A DNA stretch of 64,000 bases from an uncultured bacterium (GCA_963824495.1 CAWGPQ010000008.1:205111-269110); one strand, 5' to 3'. Shown: positions 51,811 to 63,000, counted from the stretch's first letter. Numbers and translations are program-made. Notes: generated by a model from the sequence alone, not told the origin.

Positions 51811-53418
51811 TTAGATATAATAACCGGACAAGATAATAAATCTTTCAGATCTATTACTCTCCTCCATGCGCGCTTGTGCAGGACGCACAAACATGCGAAA
51901 AATTGCGTTATTACGGGGCAATTCCACCCAACCTCCACCACGCTCAGCTGCTGCACGTAAGCGCTCAAAAAGAGCAGGCTCTCCCTGGGCAAATTGTTGC
52001 CAAATAGCATCCCATTGCTGCGTTTTGGCCCAGGTAAATCCCTCCAAATCAATAACTTCAATTGAAAGGTCACCCCGTAAAAAATCGCTATCACTCGTCG
52101 TAAATACCTGCATTGATTCCCATAGCCTATGCGTTTGTAAATATGCTACCGCTTCCTCTACCAGTGACCGAACCGCTGGCTCTTTCGACCATGACCAATA
52201 ACCAGAACCAACGATAAATACGCCATCGGGAATCTCTACTTTCTCTAAATATGAGTAAAAATAATAATTCCTGAATAAGTACGTTACCCATCCTTTGCCA
52301 TACTGTTGTGCTCGGTCCAGGATCCTTTGCGTAATTGGCCTGCCAAGACGATCCTTAATATTCCTGATATTTTCATCGGTAAAGGTTGGATGATAGCCAT
52401 CATAGATAACGGTTCCATCGGGTTTATAAAGATAAATACGCATGTCGCCTTTACTAAATTCACCGGCACTATTAGAAAATTCCCTAAAAGCTTCATCAAT
52501 GCCGTTGGCACGTAAAAATTCAGCTGCTTTTTTTACAAAATCAATTACGCTGTCTCTCGTACTTGTAGGATAATATCCCGCTACGCCAGCATATACTTTC
52601 TTTGTTCTAGGATCGATAATACGTTGCACATAAAGCCGCTCGTAAGCACGGTTACATAAACATTCAGTCCAGCCATACCCTGGCTGACCTTGGGCTATAC
52701 GAAGAATGTCTCTTACAATAAATTTACCTGCTTCATCTCGTTCGCCCAAAACATTCTGCCCAACCCTTATGCGCGATACACCATCGGCAATATTGATACC
52801 ATTAAAATCAATCAAGCGCATCGAAATATTCCCCTTTACAAAGATCCCAAAAGGGTCGTTTATATTCGTAACCGTCTCATCAAAACCATGCTCATTTAAA
52901 GATGTTTGTACTCTTTCAAGCAGTTGTTGGGCGCTACTTGTTGCCGACGCCGGATAAAAACCAGCGCCAATAATAAATGTTTTGCCATCCTTAACGACAT
53001 CTTTAACAAATGATCGTTTTACATCGTTATTCCATTCATACGAGACCCAACCACCTCGTTGGCCAGTTGCAAGAAGTGTTGGAATAAGTGGGTCATGAGT
53101 GAGTGTCTTAAGATGAGAAAAATTTTTCCAAATCCAAAAGGGCTCTGATCCTTCAACATAGCAGGTACCGTAGACGTTACACATAAAGAGAGTTATTTCT
53201 CCCGTTACCCATCGTGAACTATGCATGAATTCTGCACATAGCTGAGAAATGCTCAGATTAGAACGAGTAAAATGATCTGCTGCATCAAGCACAAGTTGTT
53301 GGGCAATCTCTTCTTTGCTTCTTCCCCCCAAGTAGTCTTGCGGTAGTTCCTGGCCGTTAATAAACAAGCTATACCCGTAACTTAGCATAACGAGCGTATA
53401 CCAAAGCAATTTTTTCAT
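51811..53418 (-). CDS. Secreted protein with four single-Cache (sCache_2-like) domains
   Basis: Four repeats of LV..A...F.KG....G.GWV.Y....V.......G.G.Y; signal peptide; no TM or output domain. Confidence 0.8.
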   Translation of the reverse strand: MKKLLWYTLVMLSYGYSLFINGQELPQDYLGGRSKEEIAQQLVLDAADHFTRSNLSISQLCAEFMHSSRWVTGEITLFMCNVYGTCYVEGSEPFWIWKNFSHLKTLTHDPLIPTLLATGQRGGWVSYEWNNDVKRSFVKDVVKDGKTFIIGAGFYPASATSSAQQLLERVQTSLNEHGFDETVTNINDPFGIFVKGNISMRLIDFNGINIADGVSRIRVGQNVLGERDEAGKFIVRDILRIAQGQPGYGWTECLCNRAYERLYVQRIIDPRTKKVYAGVAGYYPTSTRDSVIDFVKKAAEFLRANGIDEAFREFSNSAGEFSKGDMRIYLYKPDGTVIYDGYHPTFTDENIRNIKDRLGRPITQRILDRAQQYGKGWVTYLFRNYYFYSYLEKVEIPDGVFIVGSGYWSWSKEPAVRSLVEEAVAYLQTHRLWESMQVFTTSDSDFLRGDLSIEVIDLEGFTWAKTQQWDAIWQQFAQGEPALFERLRAAAERGGGWVELPRNNAIFRMFVRPAQARMEESNRSERFIILSGYYI

Positions 53419-53597
53419 AACCCGGCCTCCTGATTATTTTATTTTAAAGTTTATTTATAAACTATTAGCAATAATGGTTACTAATATAATTTAGAACAAG
53501 AGCAAGGGTAACAGCAAGAGAATATACCTGCGTAATTTTTAAACTCTTTATAAGGCAGTATTTTTTACATAAAAATACTGTGCGAGTAGAAGAAAAT

Positions 53598-55223
53598 TTA
53601 GAGATAGTAGCCTGAGCTTATAATAAAATTCCCAGTTTCGCTGCTATTTTCTATCGGTTTTTCGACTTGGCGCACATAAGCACGACGTGTTGCATTATTC
53701 TGCTCGTATTCAACCCAGCCACCACCACCAGCAGCCATAGCACTTAGTTGCCCAAAAATACTACGCCCCTTATCATCTTTAAGGGTTTTAAAATCTTGCC
53801 AAATAAAGCGGCGTTGGTGGGTCTGTGCCCAAACAAAGCCATCTGATCCAAGTACTTGTATATATAAGTCGCCTCGTAGAAAATCGCTATTATCTGCCGT
53901 AAAGTCATACATTGCTTGACCAAGTGTACGGGTCTTTAAATATTCAACTGCTTCTTCAACAAGCGAACGTGTTGCAGGTGCTTTTGCCCACGACCAATAG
54001 CCTGATCCCACAATAAATATACCATCCGGCACTTCGATCTTTTCAAGATAAGAATAAAAATAATAATTCCTGAAGTAATAACTTACCCACCCTCTACCTA
54101 ACCGTTCTGCTTGATCAAGAATTTTTCTTGTAATTGGCTTGCCAAAAGGATCGGTAAGATCAATAATATTTTGGCCACTTGTTCCCGGATTATAACCATC
54201 ATACACTACAGTCCCGTCAGGCCTATAGACATAAACACGCAAGTCACCTTTGACAAAATCACCAACACTACTTGAAAACTCCCGATATGCTTCGTCAATA
54301 CCATTTGATTGAATAGACGTAATTGCGCGTTTAACAAAGTTAATAACCGCTTGATCATCGATATGAGGGTAAAACCCAGCCATAGCCACATAAGCTCTTT
54401 TGGTTTTTAGATCAACAACACGCTCTACATAAATCCGCTGGAGCTCATGCGCACATATACATTCGGTCCAACCTTTACCGGTAGGGCTTTGCGCTATTTT
54501 GATAGCTTCACGTATAATAAATTTACCGTTTTCATCTTGCTCGTTTATAACATTTTGGCCAACACGAGCACGTATCTCGCCATCGGCAATATCGTTGCCT
54601 TCAAAATCAATAAGACGTACCGAAATATTTCCCTTTACAAACATACCGAAAGGGTTGTTAATATTGGCAATAGTCTCTGTTAAACCTCGATCATTAAGAA
54701 AGGGTTGCACATTACCAATGATCTGTCCAACGTTATTAGCAGCAGACGCTGGATAAAAACCACTGCCAATAATATATGTCTTTCCTCGCTTGACAACAGT
54801 CTTTACATAAGCATGCTTTATATTATTATTCCATCGAAAGGAAAGCCAGCCACCTTGTGTACCAAGAGCCAGCATTGCATCAATAATTGGCACATTGCTG
54901 ATTGTTTTTACGTGAGAAACGTTACGCCAAATCCATAGTGGTTCTCCCTCTTGAACATAACAAGTTCCTTGACTATCATATACGAAGATCGATAATTCAC
55001 CGACAATCCATCGCTTATTGTGCATAAATTCAGCACACAGTTTAGAAATAGGAACCTTCGATTGGGTGAAACGGCGCACTGCTTTTGTAACAAGCTGTTC
55101 AGCAATTTTTTCTTTCCTTTCTGCTGCCTCTTGTTCTTGCTTATAGACAGGCTCCTGTGCCTGTGTGTTATAATAGGATAAGCAAAGTACAAGGGCAATA
55201 CTTGAGATTAGTATGTTTTTCAT
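53598..55223 (-). CDS. Secreted protein with four single-Cache domains (tandem paralog)
   Basis: Collinear with 51811 (YFRNYYFYSYLEK.E.PDG.FIVGSGYWSW); ATG at 55223 after an AGAAGGAG SD. Confidence 0.8.
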   Translation of the reverse strand: MKNILISSIALVLCLSYYNTQAQEPVYKQEQEAAERKEKIAEQLVTKAVRRFTQSKVPISKLCAEFMHNKRWIVGELSIFVYDSQGTCYVQEGEPLWIWRNVSHVKTISNVPIIDAMLALGTQGGWLSFRWNNNIKHAYVKTVVKRGKTYIIGSGFYPASAANNVGQIIGNVQPFLNDRGLTETIANINNPFGMFVKGNISVRLIDFEGNDIADGEIRARVGQNVINEQDENGKFIIREAIKIAQSPTGKGWTECICAHELQRIYVERVVDLKTKRAYVAMAGFYPHIDDQAVINFVKRAITSIQSNGIDEAYREFSSSVGDFVKGDLRVYVYRPDGTVVYDGYNPGTSGQNIIDLTDPFGKPITRKILDQAERLGRGWVSYYFRNYYFYSYLEKIEVPDGIFIVGSGYWSWAKAPATRSLVEEAVEYLKTRTLGQAMYDFTADNSDFLRGDLYIQVLGSDGFVWAQTHQRRFIWQDFKTLKDDKGRSIFGQLSAMAAGGGGWVEYEQNNATRRAYVRQVEKPIENSSETGNFIISSGYYL

Positions 55224-55315
55224 GATCTCTCCTTCTAATACATGATAGCTTATGCTCGGTATTACACTGCTCATCTTGAAAGATAACGTAGTCTAACAAA
55301 AACTCAAGGACTAAT

Positions 55316-55636
55316 ATGATTGTTACTCTCACAAAAAATAACATCAAAGAAGAAGTTGAACACGCTACCAAGCCAGTTATTATTGATATTTACGCCACGT
55401 GGTGTGGCCCCTGTCAGTATATGAAACCCTTATTTGAGCAGCTGGCTCAAGAACTGAGCGATCGTTATACGTTCGCTGAGCTCAACGTTGATGAATCACG
55501 TGAACTGGCAATCAAGTATGGTGCCAGCACCGTGCCAACATTCTTGTTTATTAAAAACAATACCGTTAAAGGCAGAGAAACCGGTGCAATGAGCAAAGAA
55601 AATCTTAAAGCAAAAATTCACGAATACTTAGATTAA
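55316..55636 (+). CDS. trxA: Thioredoxin
   Basis: WCGPC motif. Confidence 0.93.
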   Translation: MIVTLTKNNIKEEVEHATKPVIIDIYATWCGPCQYMKPLFEQLAQELSDRYTFAELNVDESRELAIKYGASTVPTFLFIKNNTVKGRETGAMSKENLKAKIHEYLD

Positions 55637-55649
55637 GAAAAGATCTGGG

Positions 55650-55686
55650 AGGTAAGGGAGGGGAATTAACCCCCTCCCTTACCCTT
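55650..55686. terminator. Hairpin between convergent trxA and cysS
   Basis: GGTAAGGGAGGGG-AATTAA-CCCCTCCCTTACC. Confidence 0.65.
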
Positions 55687-55710
55687 ATAATTTTTTATCA
55701 CGATTTTTTA

Positions 55711-57054
55711 TCATGATTTTTTATCATGAACGTCAACACCTAACTTTCGTAAGGCATCTCGTAATTCATCAGCTACTTTCCAATTATGTTCTTTACGTGC
55801 AGTCCCTCGTGCATCAAGCAAAGCCTGAATTTCAGGAGTGATTTCGACAACAGCCTCAGGGAGCACTTCAAGAGGAAGACCCAGAACGACACGTAGTATC
55901 AAGCGCACAGCGGCTCGCTCAGCAGGGTCTTCTTGAATCTGCTTAAGACTCTCAAATACAACACCTAAGAGACCGGGAGTATTAAGATCATCACATAAAA
56001 ATTCAAGCATAGCTGGCACATAGGCACTATTCTTGATATCATCAACAGTACCGCATGTATCAGCTGCACCAAGAGCTGGACCAAGCGCTCGGCACAAACG
56101 TTGATAGCTTTTATATGCCATAGCAAGATCATCAAACGAAAAGTCTAAAGGATTGCGATACTGGTGCTGAAGAAACATAAAGCGTACAACAAGCGGATGA
56201 TAGCGCTCAAAAACTTCATGTAATGCAAAAAAGTTACCAAGCGATTTAGACATTTTTTCTTGGTTAATACGTACAAAAGCATTATGTACCCAATAACGAG
56301 CTAAAGGTGGACCATAGAGAGATTCTGATTGTGCAATTTCATTTTCATGATGCGGGAAGATAAGATCCATACCACCGCCATGAATATCAATGTGCTTACC
56401 CAAAAATTTCTTAGCCATGGCAGAGCACTCGATATGCCATCCAGGTCGTCCATGTCCCCACGGGCTCTTCCAATAGGTACCTTCTGCCTCCGCCTTCCAA
56501 AGAGCAAAATCAAGGGGATCACGCTTGTCCTCGCGAACCTGAACACGAGCACCTGCAAGCAAGTCTTCTATACTGCGTTTAGATAACTTACCGTAATCAG
56601 AAAACGTAGCAATGCTAAAATATACGTTACCATCAACAACATAAGCGTGACCCGTACTGATAAGCTCTTCTATACATCGTATAATCTCAGGTATAGTTTC
56701 TGTCACCCGTGGCTCATACGTAGGTGGCAAACAGTTTAATGCTGCCATATCAAGATGAAATCGATTAATATACCGAGTTGCTATCTCTTGATAAAAATCT
56801 GGTGCATTAAATTCCCGTATAGCTCGTGCAATAAGCTTATCGTCAACATCAGTAAAGTTACGGCAATATCTTACCTGATAGCCTAGAAAACAGAGCAGGC
56901 GATAGAGCACATCAAACGTAACGTAACAACGGCCATGCCCAAGATGTGCGTAATCATAGGGCGTAATACCACAAACATACATGGTAGTGCTATTACGCGA
57001 ACTAAAAACCTCTTTCTTTCCTGTTAATGTCGATGTTAATGCTACCGTATACAC
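55711..57054 (-). CDS. cysS: Cysteine--tRNA ligase
   Basis: YVCGITPYD..HLGH, GRPGWHIECSAM and KMSKS motifs. Confidence 0.97.
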   Translation of the reverse strand: MYTVALTSTLTGKKEVFSSRNSTTMYVCGITPYDYAHLGHGRCYVTFDVLYRLLCFLGYQVRYCRNFTDVDDKLIARAIREFNAPDFYQEIATRYINRFHLDMAALNCLPPTYEPRVTETIPEIIRCIEELISTGHAYVVDGNVYFSIATFSDYGKLSKRSIEDLLAGARVQVREDKRDPLDFALWKAEAEGTYWKSPWGHGRPGWHIECSAMAKKFLGKHIDIHGGGMDLIFPHHENEIAQSESLYGPPLARYWVHNAFVRINQEKMSKSLGNFFALHEVFERYHPLVVRFMFLQHQYRNPLDFSFDDLAMAYKSYQRLCRALGPALGAADTCGTVDDIKNSAYVPAMLEFLCDDLNTPGLLGVVFESLKQIQEDPAERAAVRLILRVVLGLPLEVLPEAVVEITPEIQALLDARGTARKEHNWKVADELRDALRKLGVDVHDKKS

Positions 57055-57266
57055 AGATACCCCTTGTTACGTAACTAGGCATTTTTTCAGCTAGTAGCTT
57101 CTTAAGCACAAAACTACTCGAAAAGCTTTAGCTACTTTTTCTTTTAGAAATATAACACTTACAGCTTGACCATCTTACCCTATGTTAAAGACGGATGATT
57201 TTTGTCAAATTTGTCAGAAATAGTATCATAATACTAACTGAGTGATAGTCAATAGATTCCAATTAC

Positions 57267-59888
57267 GTGCAGGAGCACAGCATGTCACGCATCAAAAAAT
57301 GGATAGCAACCTGCAACCAGGGCCCATTGTTTTTCATCGTTACACTCGTATTAGTATATAGCTCTCAAGAGTTATTGGCCATACCATCTCATTCCCCTAC
57401 TCCCCAGGAAGAGGAAAATATCAGCCTTATGCCCGAAGAAGAGTTTAATACATTAACCGAAAGTACTGTAACTGAAAGTACTGTAACTGAAAGCACCGCA
57501 CCTACACAACCAGGTACGCCGAGCAGAGGGGTTGAACCAGACCAACCTCAGCCTCAGGCCTCAACGGTTTTTACACCTCGACGCATACGGAATATTATTA
57601 TTCAGGGCAGTACACTTAAGTCAGCTATATTGTCAAAAGTTCCCTATAGGCCGGGAGAGATATTTAAGCCAACTAAAGCTGCACAGTTAATACGAGCAGT
57701 GTATGAGCTCGGTTTGTTTTTGCCAACCATTCAAGTAAAAGCTTGTAACGTTTCACCAACTGAAGTCGATATTTATATTATTGTCCAGGAAAAACCTAAA
57801 ATTGAAGATATAGTATTTAAGGGCTTAGTACATCTTAAACGGGAAGATATTGAAAAAGAACTTAAGATTTCAGAAATTAGAGCACTCACCCAAGAAGATC
57901 TTGAGCGGCTCGCTCAAGCTATTAAAAAACTCTACGCTGCAAAAGACTATCATAACGTTCAGATTACACCTGAACTTCGCCTTGTCGGTGATAATCGTGC
58001 TATTGCCGAATTTACCATAGAAGAGGGCCCTCGTTTTATTGTAAAACGTGTATTTTTTACTGGTAATACAACTATACCCGGCTCAGAACTACGCACAATA
58101 ATTTTTACCCGTGAAGATTGGCTTTTTGGTTTCTTAGACAAATCAGGAAGTTATCAGCCAGATGCTCTAGAGATTGATAAGCGCATTATTGAAAATTACT
58201 ACCAAAGCAGAGGTTTTTTAACAGCACGTGTTGCCAATGTCATCGTTGATATCGAACCTGAGACGTATTACGTTACGGTCACGTTTGTTATAAGTGAGGG
58301 TGATCTCTATACCGTAACAAACATTGCAGCACCTGGTAATGATATTCTCACGCAAGAGCAAATTCTTACTAATATCGACATACGACCAGGCGATCTTTAT
58401 TCTAAAGAACAAATTAGAGAGGCTATTGAACGGCTACGATTACTTTGGGGTGAGTATGGCTATGTGTACGCTGATATTGAGCCCATTATAGAGCCTAATC
58501 GACAAGATAAAACCGTCTCCATTACTTTTAATAGCGATCTTGGCTCTAAGGTAAACGTGAACCGTATTATTATCACTGGTAATAAAAAAACACGTGATAA
58601 TGTTATTCGTCGAGAGGTTACGCTTAATGAAGGTGAGCTATTAACAACACAAAAGCTTGACGACTCACAACGACGCGTTGAGCAGCTTGGTTATTTTGAA
58701 GAGCGTACTGGTGTTGAATGGAAGATCAGACGCCTTAATGAAGAACTTGCTGATCTTGAGCTCATCGTCAAAGAAATCAGAACAGGCAAGGGCTATATAC
58801 AGTTTGGCTTTGGTGGGCTTGACGAGGATATTCAGTCACCATCACGATCATTTAATATTGGTGCTGGTATTCAAGATAGCAGCTTCTTAGGCACCGGCTT
58901 AAAGTATAACTTTAACGTCGTGTATTCACGTCAAGACATTGGTGTCGATCTGACCATTGCGGATCAATTTATTTTTGATCGACCAATAGGTGCAGGTATT
59001 AATGTTTTCCATCGTAGTAGTAATTATGATGAATTTAAGAACGTTAAATCAACACCAAAAGAACGCATTACGGGCGGTGTCGCAACTATGAGCTTTGTCC
59101 CACAAAGATTCTTTGCATCACGTGTTTTATTTGATTTAGGAGCTGAAAATATTAGCTATGACAATAAAATAATAACCGAACTGCGTGATGCCAATAGAAG
59201 ACTTGCCCAAGAATTTCAAGAAATTGTCAATCGTCGATTTCAACCGGGAACCTTACTATGGCTTGGCAATACGCTTATTCAAGATTACCGTAATCATCCA
59301 ACATACCCAAGCAAAGGTTACCAATGGGCTTCCTATACCAAAGTAGGCATACCTCATGGTGTCGGTACTTTTGGATTCTTTAAGTGGGAGGGTGACGCTC
59401 ATTGGTACACGCCATTAATAGAAGATTATGACCTTATTTTACACCTGCATGGTCATGCTGGGTTTGTGCGAAGATTTCCTGGTAATACGATACCCTATCG
59501 GGAGCTTTTCCATATAGGCGGTGTGTCAAGCGTTCGAGGTTACCTGTTTGGTCAAATTGGACCGCAAATCAATTGTGACTCTATAGGTGCTCAAAATGCA
59601 TTTTTTGTTAATGCCGAACTTCTTTTTCCAATTACCAAAGATGGTAATGTAAGGGGTGTTCTCTTCTACGATGGCGGTGCCGGCTGGGATACTCCCGATG
59701 CTCATCGTATATCACGAGATTTATTAAGAAATAACCGTTTTAATTACCGGCAATCTATCGGTATTGGTATTCGCTTAACTAATCCTACACCATTACGTGT
59801 CGATGTCGGATTTAAGCTTGATCGTAACCGACGACGTGGTGAGTCACCATATGAGGTACATTTTACCAGCGCTCTGGTCGAATTTTAG
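57267..59888 (+). CDS. bamA: Outer membrane protein assembly factor BamA
   Basis: POTRA repeats, VRGY loop-6 motif, C-terminal F; low-complexity N-terminal extension. Confidence 0.92.
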   Translation: MQEHSMSRIKKWIATCNQGPLFFIVTLVLVYSSQELLAIPSHSPTPQEEENISLMPEEEFNTLTESTVTESTVTESTAPTQPGTPSRGVEPDQPQPQASTVFTPRRIRNIIIQGSTLKSAILSKVPYRPGEIFKPTKAAQLIRAVYELGLFLPTIQVKACNVSPTEVDIYIIVQEKPKIEDIVFKGLVHLKREDIEKELKISEIRALTQEDLERLAQAIKKLYAAKDYHNVQITPELRLVGDNRAIAEFTIEEGPRFIVKRVFFTGNTTIPGSELRTIIFTREDWLFGFLDKSGSYQPDALEIDKRIIENYYQSRGFLTARVANVIVDIEPETYYVTVTFVISEGDLYTVTNIAAPGNDILTQEQILTNIDIRPGDLYSKEQIREAIERLRLLWGEYGYVYADIEPIIEPNRQDKTVSITFNSDLGSKVNVNRIIITGNKKTRDNVIRREVTLNEGELLTTQKLDDSQRRVEQLGYFEERTGVEWKIRRLNEELADLELIVKEIRTGKGYIQFGFGGLDEDIQSPSRSFNIGAGIQDSSFLGTGLKYNFNVVYSRQDIGVDLTIADQFIFDRPIGAGINVFHRSSNYDEFKNVKSTPKERITGGVATMSFVPQRFFASRVLFDLGAENISYDNKIITELRDANRRLAQEFQEIVNRRFQPGTLLWLGNTLIQDYRNHPTYPSKGYQWASYTKVGIPHGVGTFGFFKWEGDAHWYTPLIEDYDLILHLHGHAGFVRRFPGNTIPYRELFHIGGVSSVRGYLFGQIGPQINCDSIGAQNAFFVNAELLFPITKDGNVRGVLFYDGGAGWDTPDAHRISRDLLRNNRFNYRQSIGIGIRLTNPTPLRVDVGFKLDRNRRRGESPYEVHFTSALVEF
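57457..57496 (+). repeat. 15-bp tandem repeat encoding (TESTV)n in the BamA N-extension
   Basis: ACCGAAAGTACTGTA ACTGAAAGTACTGTA ACTGAAAGCA. Confidence 0.8.
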
Positions 59889-59980
59889 GTAAGAGGGCAG
59901 CACCGCCCTCTTATTCGATTGCTTTCTTAGAGTACCTCCTGCTAGACTTAAAGCCAATACTAAGCACGAGGGGAAAGGCC

Positions 59981-60253
59981 GTGAAACGAGCTTTTACTAG
60001 TATCATCTTTCTGGCTACACAGTTCTTTATAGTATTTTTCCATATTTATTTTTCAAATGCTCTACTTCAGCTCTTTTATATCAAGCAAAAAAGCGAAAAG
60101 ATTCTCGCTCATCTTACTGAACAGAAAAAAGATTTGACCACTACGCTTCATATAGTAAAAAGCAGATCAGAAATTAAAAAATTTGCTATAAAAGACCTCT
60201 TACTCGAGCCAGTACGCTTAGAAGCTATAAAGACATGCAAAGACATGCTATGA
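59981..60253 (+). CDS. ftsL: FtsL-like cell division protein
   Basis: One TM helix plus coiled coil ending I.K.A...L; overlaps the ftsI start. Confidence 0.6.
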   Translation: MKRAFTSIIFLATQFFIVFFHIYFSNALLQLFYIKQKSEKILAHLTEQKKDLTTTLHIVKSRSEIKKFAIKDLLLEPVRLEAIKTCKDML

Positions 60254-61923
60254 TTGCCCAGCTTAAAGTTCGCATGATAGGAGTGTTTTGTATATTTACT
60301 CTTTTTTACGCTTGTATCGCTGTTCACTTGTACAAGATTCAGATTAAACAAAATACCTTTTTTGCAACCATTGGCAAGCAGCAATACGCCGTTACGATTA
60401 CAACATATCCACCCCGTGCTGAAATATACGATCGCCATGGGCATGCTATAGCACTGGATCATGACGGTCTTGCTGCTTTTATTATCCCCCGTAAGCTTAA
60501 AGAACCTGAAAAGGTTCGTGAGTTTTTAGCATGTTATTTTCCTACCGCAGCTGAGCGTTTGCTAAAAAACCTGCATGCTCATTTTATATATATTAAGCGC
60601 AGACTAACTCCTGAACAAGAAGTCCTCATCAAAAAAAGCGGCTTAGCAGATATTCACCTTCTTAAAGAGCCCTGTCGCTTGTATCCCTATCCTTCACTTG
60701 GGTCAATCATTGGCATTACCGATACAGATAACCAAGGTCTTTTTGGCACAGAATTACTGTGTAACCAGCTTCTTATGGGTACACCAAGTACGTTTACCCT
60801 GGAAAAAGAGGCACGTTCGGATCATTTTTATTTTGCTAAGCAAGCTCACATCACGGGAACATCAGGCACACCCATTACCATAAGTCTTGATAGCGACTTG
60901 CAATTTCTTGCCCATGAAGAGCTTAAAGAAACAATGCAGCAATGGGGGGCACGCGAGGGGGCTGTCCTTATTATGGACCCAACACAAGGTGATATTTTGA
61001 CCATGGCACACTATCCTGATTTCGATCCAAATAATACAGAATTGCTTGATCTTGAAAAAACAAAAAATACCCTTGTTACCGAGTCTTATGAGCTTGGTTC
61101 TGTCATGAAAGTTTTTGTCGCATTAGCAGCTCTTGAAGAGGGAGTCGTAACTAGCGATGAGCTTATTGATTGCGAAAACAAAACCATAACCACTATAGAT
61201 GGTATACGCATTAGTACCTGGAAAGCTCACGGATTACTTACATTTTCGCAAGCTATTGAGCTCTCAAATAATATTGGCATGTGCAAAGTGGCGCAGCGCT
61301 TAGGCACCAAGCTCTATGATCACTATCGTCGCTGTGGCTTTGGCACTAGAACAGGAAGCATGTTTCCTGGAGAGCAAGCAGCTTTTATCAATCCTCCGCA
61401 CAAATGGTCAAAGGCCTCATTGCTTTCACTTTCTTTTGGCTATGAGATACGTGCAACCTTGCTGCAACTGGCTTGCGCCTTCTGCATGATTGCCAATAAG
61501 GGCTATCCGGTAAAGCCACGCTTACTGCTTCAGCCCTTACTCGAAGAAGCTCAACAAGTATCACAGCCGGTCTATCGACCAGAAACAATTAAAACCATTC
61601 AAGATGTGCTTTCGAGAACAGTAACGCAGGGCACAGCGCATCATGGACATATACAAGGTTGCAAGATTATGGCCAAGACAGGCAGCGCAAACCTATTATC
61701 AACAACCAAAAAAGATCGCCATGGCCGCCCACTCTATGACTCTGATAGAAGCATTTTTACCTGTGCTGGTATTATCGAAAAAGACACCTACAAGCGCGTA
61801 ATCGTCGTTTTTATAAAAGAAGTGAATAAGAAAAAAGTATTCGCCTCAACCGTTGCCGTACCTCTTTTCAAGCGCATTGCACACAAAGTGCTCATTCGTG
61901 ACAAAATACTAGCGAGGTCCTGA
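60235..61923 (+). CDS. ftsI: Class B penicillin-binding protein (FtsI-like)
   Basis: RAEIYDRHG, R.YP, SVMK (SxxK), SNN (SxN) and KTG motifs. Confidence 0.9.
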   Translation: MQRHAMIAQLKVRMIGVFCIFTLFYACIAVHLYKIQIKQNTFFATIGKQQYAVTITTYPPRAEIYDRHGHAIALDHDGLAAFIIPRKLKEPEKVREFLACYFPTAAERLLKNLHAHFIYIKRRLTPEQEVLIKKSGLADIHLLKEPCRLYPYPSLGSIIGITDTDNQGLFGTELLCNQLLMGTPSTFTLEKEARSDHFYFAKQAHITGTSGTPITISLDSDLQFLAHEELKETMQQWGAREGAVLIMDPTQGDILTMAHYPDFDPNNTELLDLEKTKNTLVTESYELGSVMKVFVALAALEEGVVTSDELIDCENKTITTIDGIRISTWKAHGLLTFSQAIELSNNIGMCKVAQRLGTKLYDHYRRCGFGTRTGSMFPGEQAAFINPPHKWSKASLLSLSFGYEIRATLLQLACAFCMIANKGYPVKPRLLLQPLLEEAQQVSQPVYRPETIKTIQDVLSRTVTQGTAHHGHIQGCKIMAKTGSANLLSTTKKDRHGRPLYDSDRSIFTCAGIIEKDTYKRVIVVFIKEVNKKKVFASTVAVPLFKRIAHKVLIRDKILARS

Positions 61924-62039
61924 AGGCGCTGGAGCTCCAGGAGCTATAGCATACTGGGCAATCATAGCAGCGATTTCGGCCGGAAGCATCGCGCCTGGAT
62001 GAAATTTTAGGGACTATAGAGAAATAACGAGAATAGATA

Positions 62040-62878
62040 CTATAAACTAGGGAGCCTGCATGGCAAGTAAAAAAATCGTTTTTGGCGTTGACGCACGTCA
62101 GAAACTTGGTCATGGTATTGATATATTAGCTTAGGATGCTGCCATGCAAATTCTCCAGCTTGTCCTGCTCGTGTCAGTTGACCATATACAAGCTCGCTTG
62201 CATGTCTTTCAAGAAGATTAGCAACTTCAGGATGATTATTCCTGAGGGCAAGAATCCATGCCGATTCGTGTTGATTATTCAAAAGGTTAACCTGTGCATT
62301 ATGGGCAAGTAAGGTCCTGACTATATCCAAACGCCCTGCACATGCTGCATAATGTAAGGGCGTATCGCCATTGTTATTTACAGCATTAACGTCAGCACCA
62401 TGATTGAGTAATACTGCCAAAACGCTCTTATTGCCATGACGTGCTGCAAACATGAGCGGCGTAAAGCCGTCAGCGTCAGCAAAATTAACATCAGCACCGT
62501 GCTCTATAAGCAGGCTAACTGTTTCTGCATGGCCACAAAAAGCTGCCCATACAAGGGCAGACCGACCCATCTCATCATCAGTATTATTAACGTCAGCTTT
62601 GTATTTTAGAAGTGCTCTAACTGTCCCTATATGCCCCGCTCTAGCTGCCAACATAAGAGCTGTCATCCCCTCATTGGTGGCATGATTAACATCAGCACCT
62701 TCGCTCAGTGCAGCTTCTACTACTTTAAGCTCACCCACTTCGGCTGCATTTAGTAATTTTTGATTAGCAGGATTAGCTTCTTGCTCGACTTCCATAGATT
62801 TTAGCAATATGGTATGAGTCAACGGTAACCCAACAGCAAGCGCTGCTACTATAAGTATTTTATAAGATTTTTAATCAT
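62040..62878 (-). CDS. Secreted ankyrin-repeat protein, frameshifted at A5 tract 62868-62872
   Basis: About six ankyrin repeats; the ATG at 62878 joins the signal peptide SYKILIVAALAVGLPL only if one A is added. Confidence 0.75.
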
Positions 62879-63000
62879 GGCAATCAACCTTATTTTATTA
62901 TTTTTTATACATCTCTATTCTCAATTATACCTGAATAAAGTAAGCTTGCCAAAGTGCTCATTCATGACAAGATACCAGCTTTATCTTATTAAGTTAGCTT

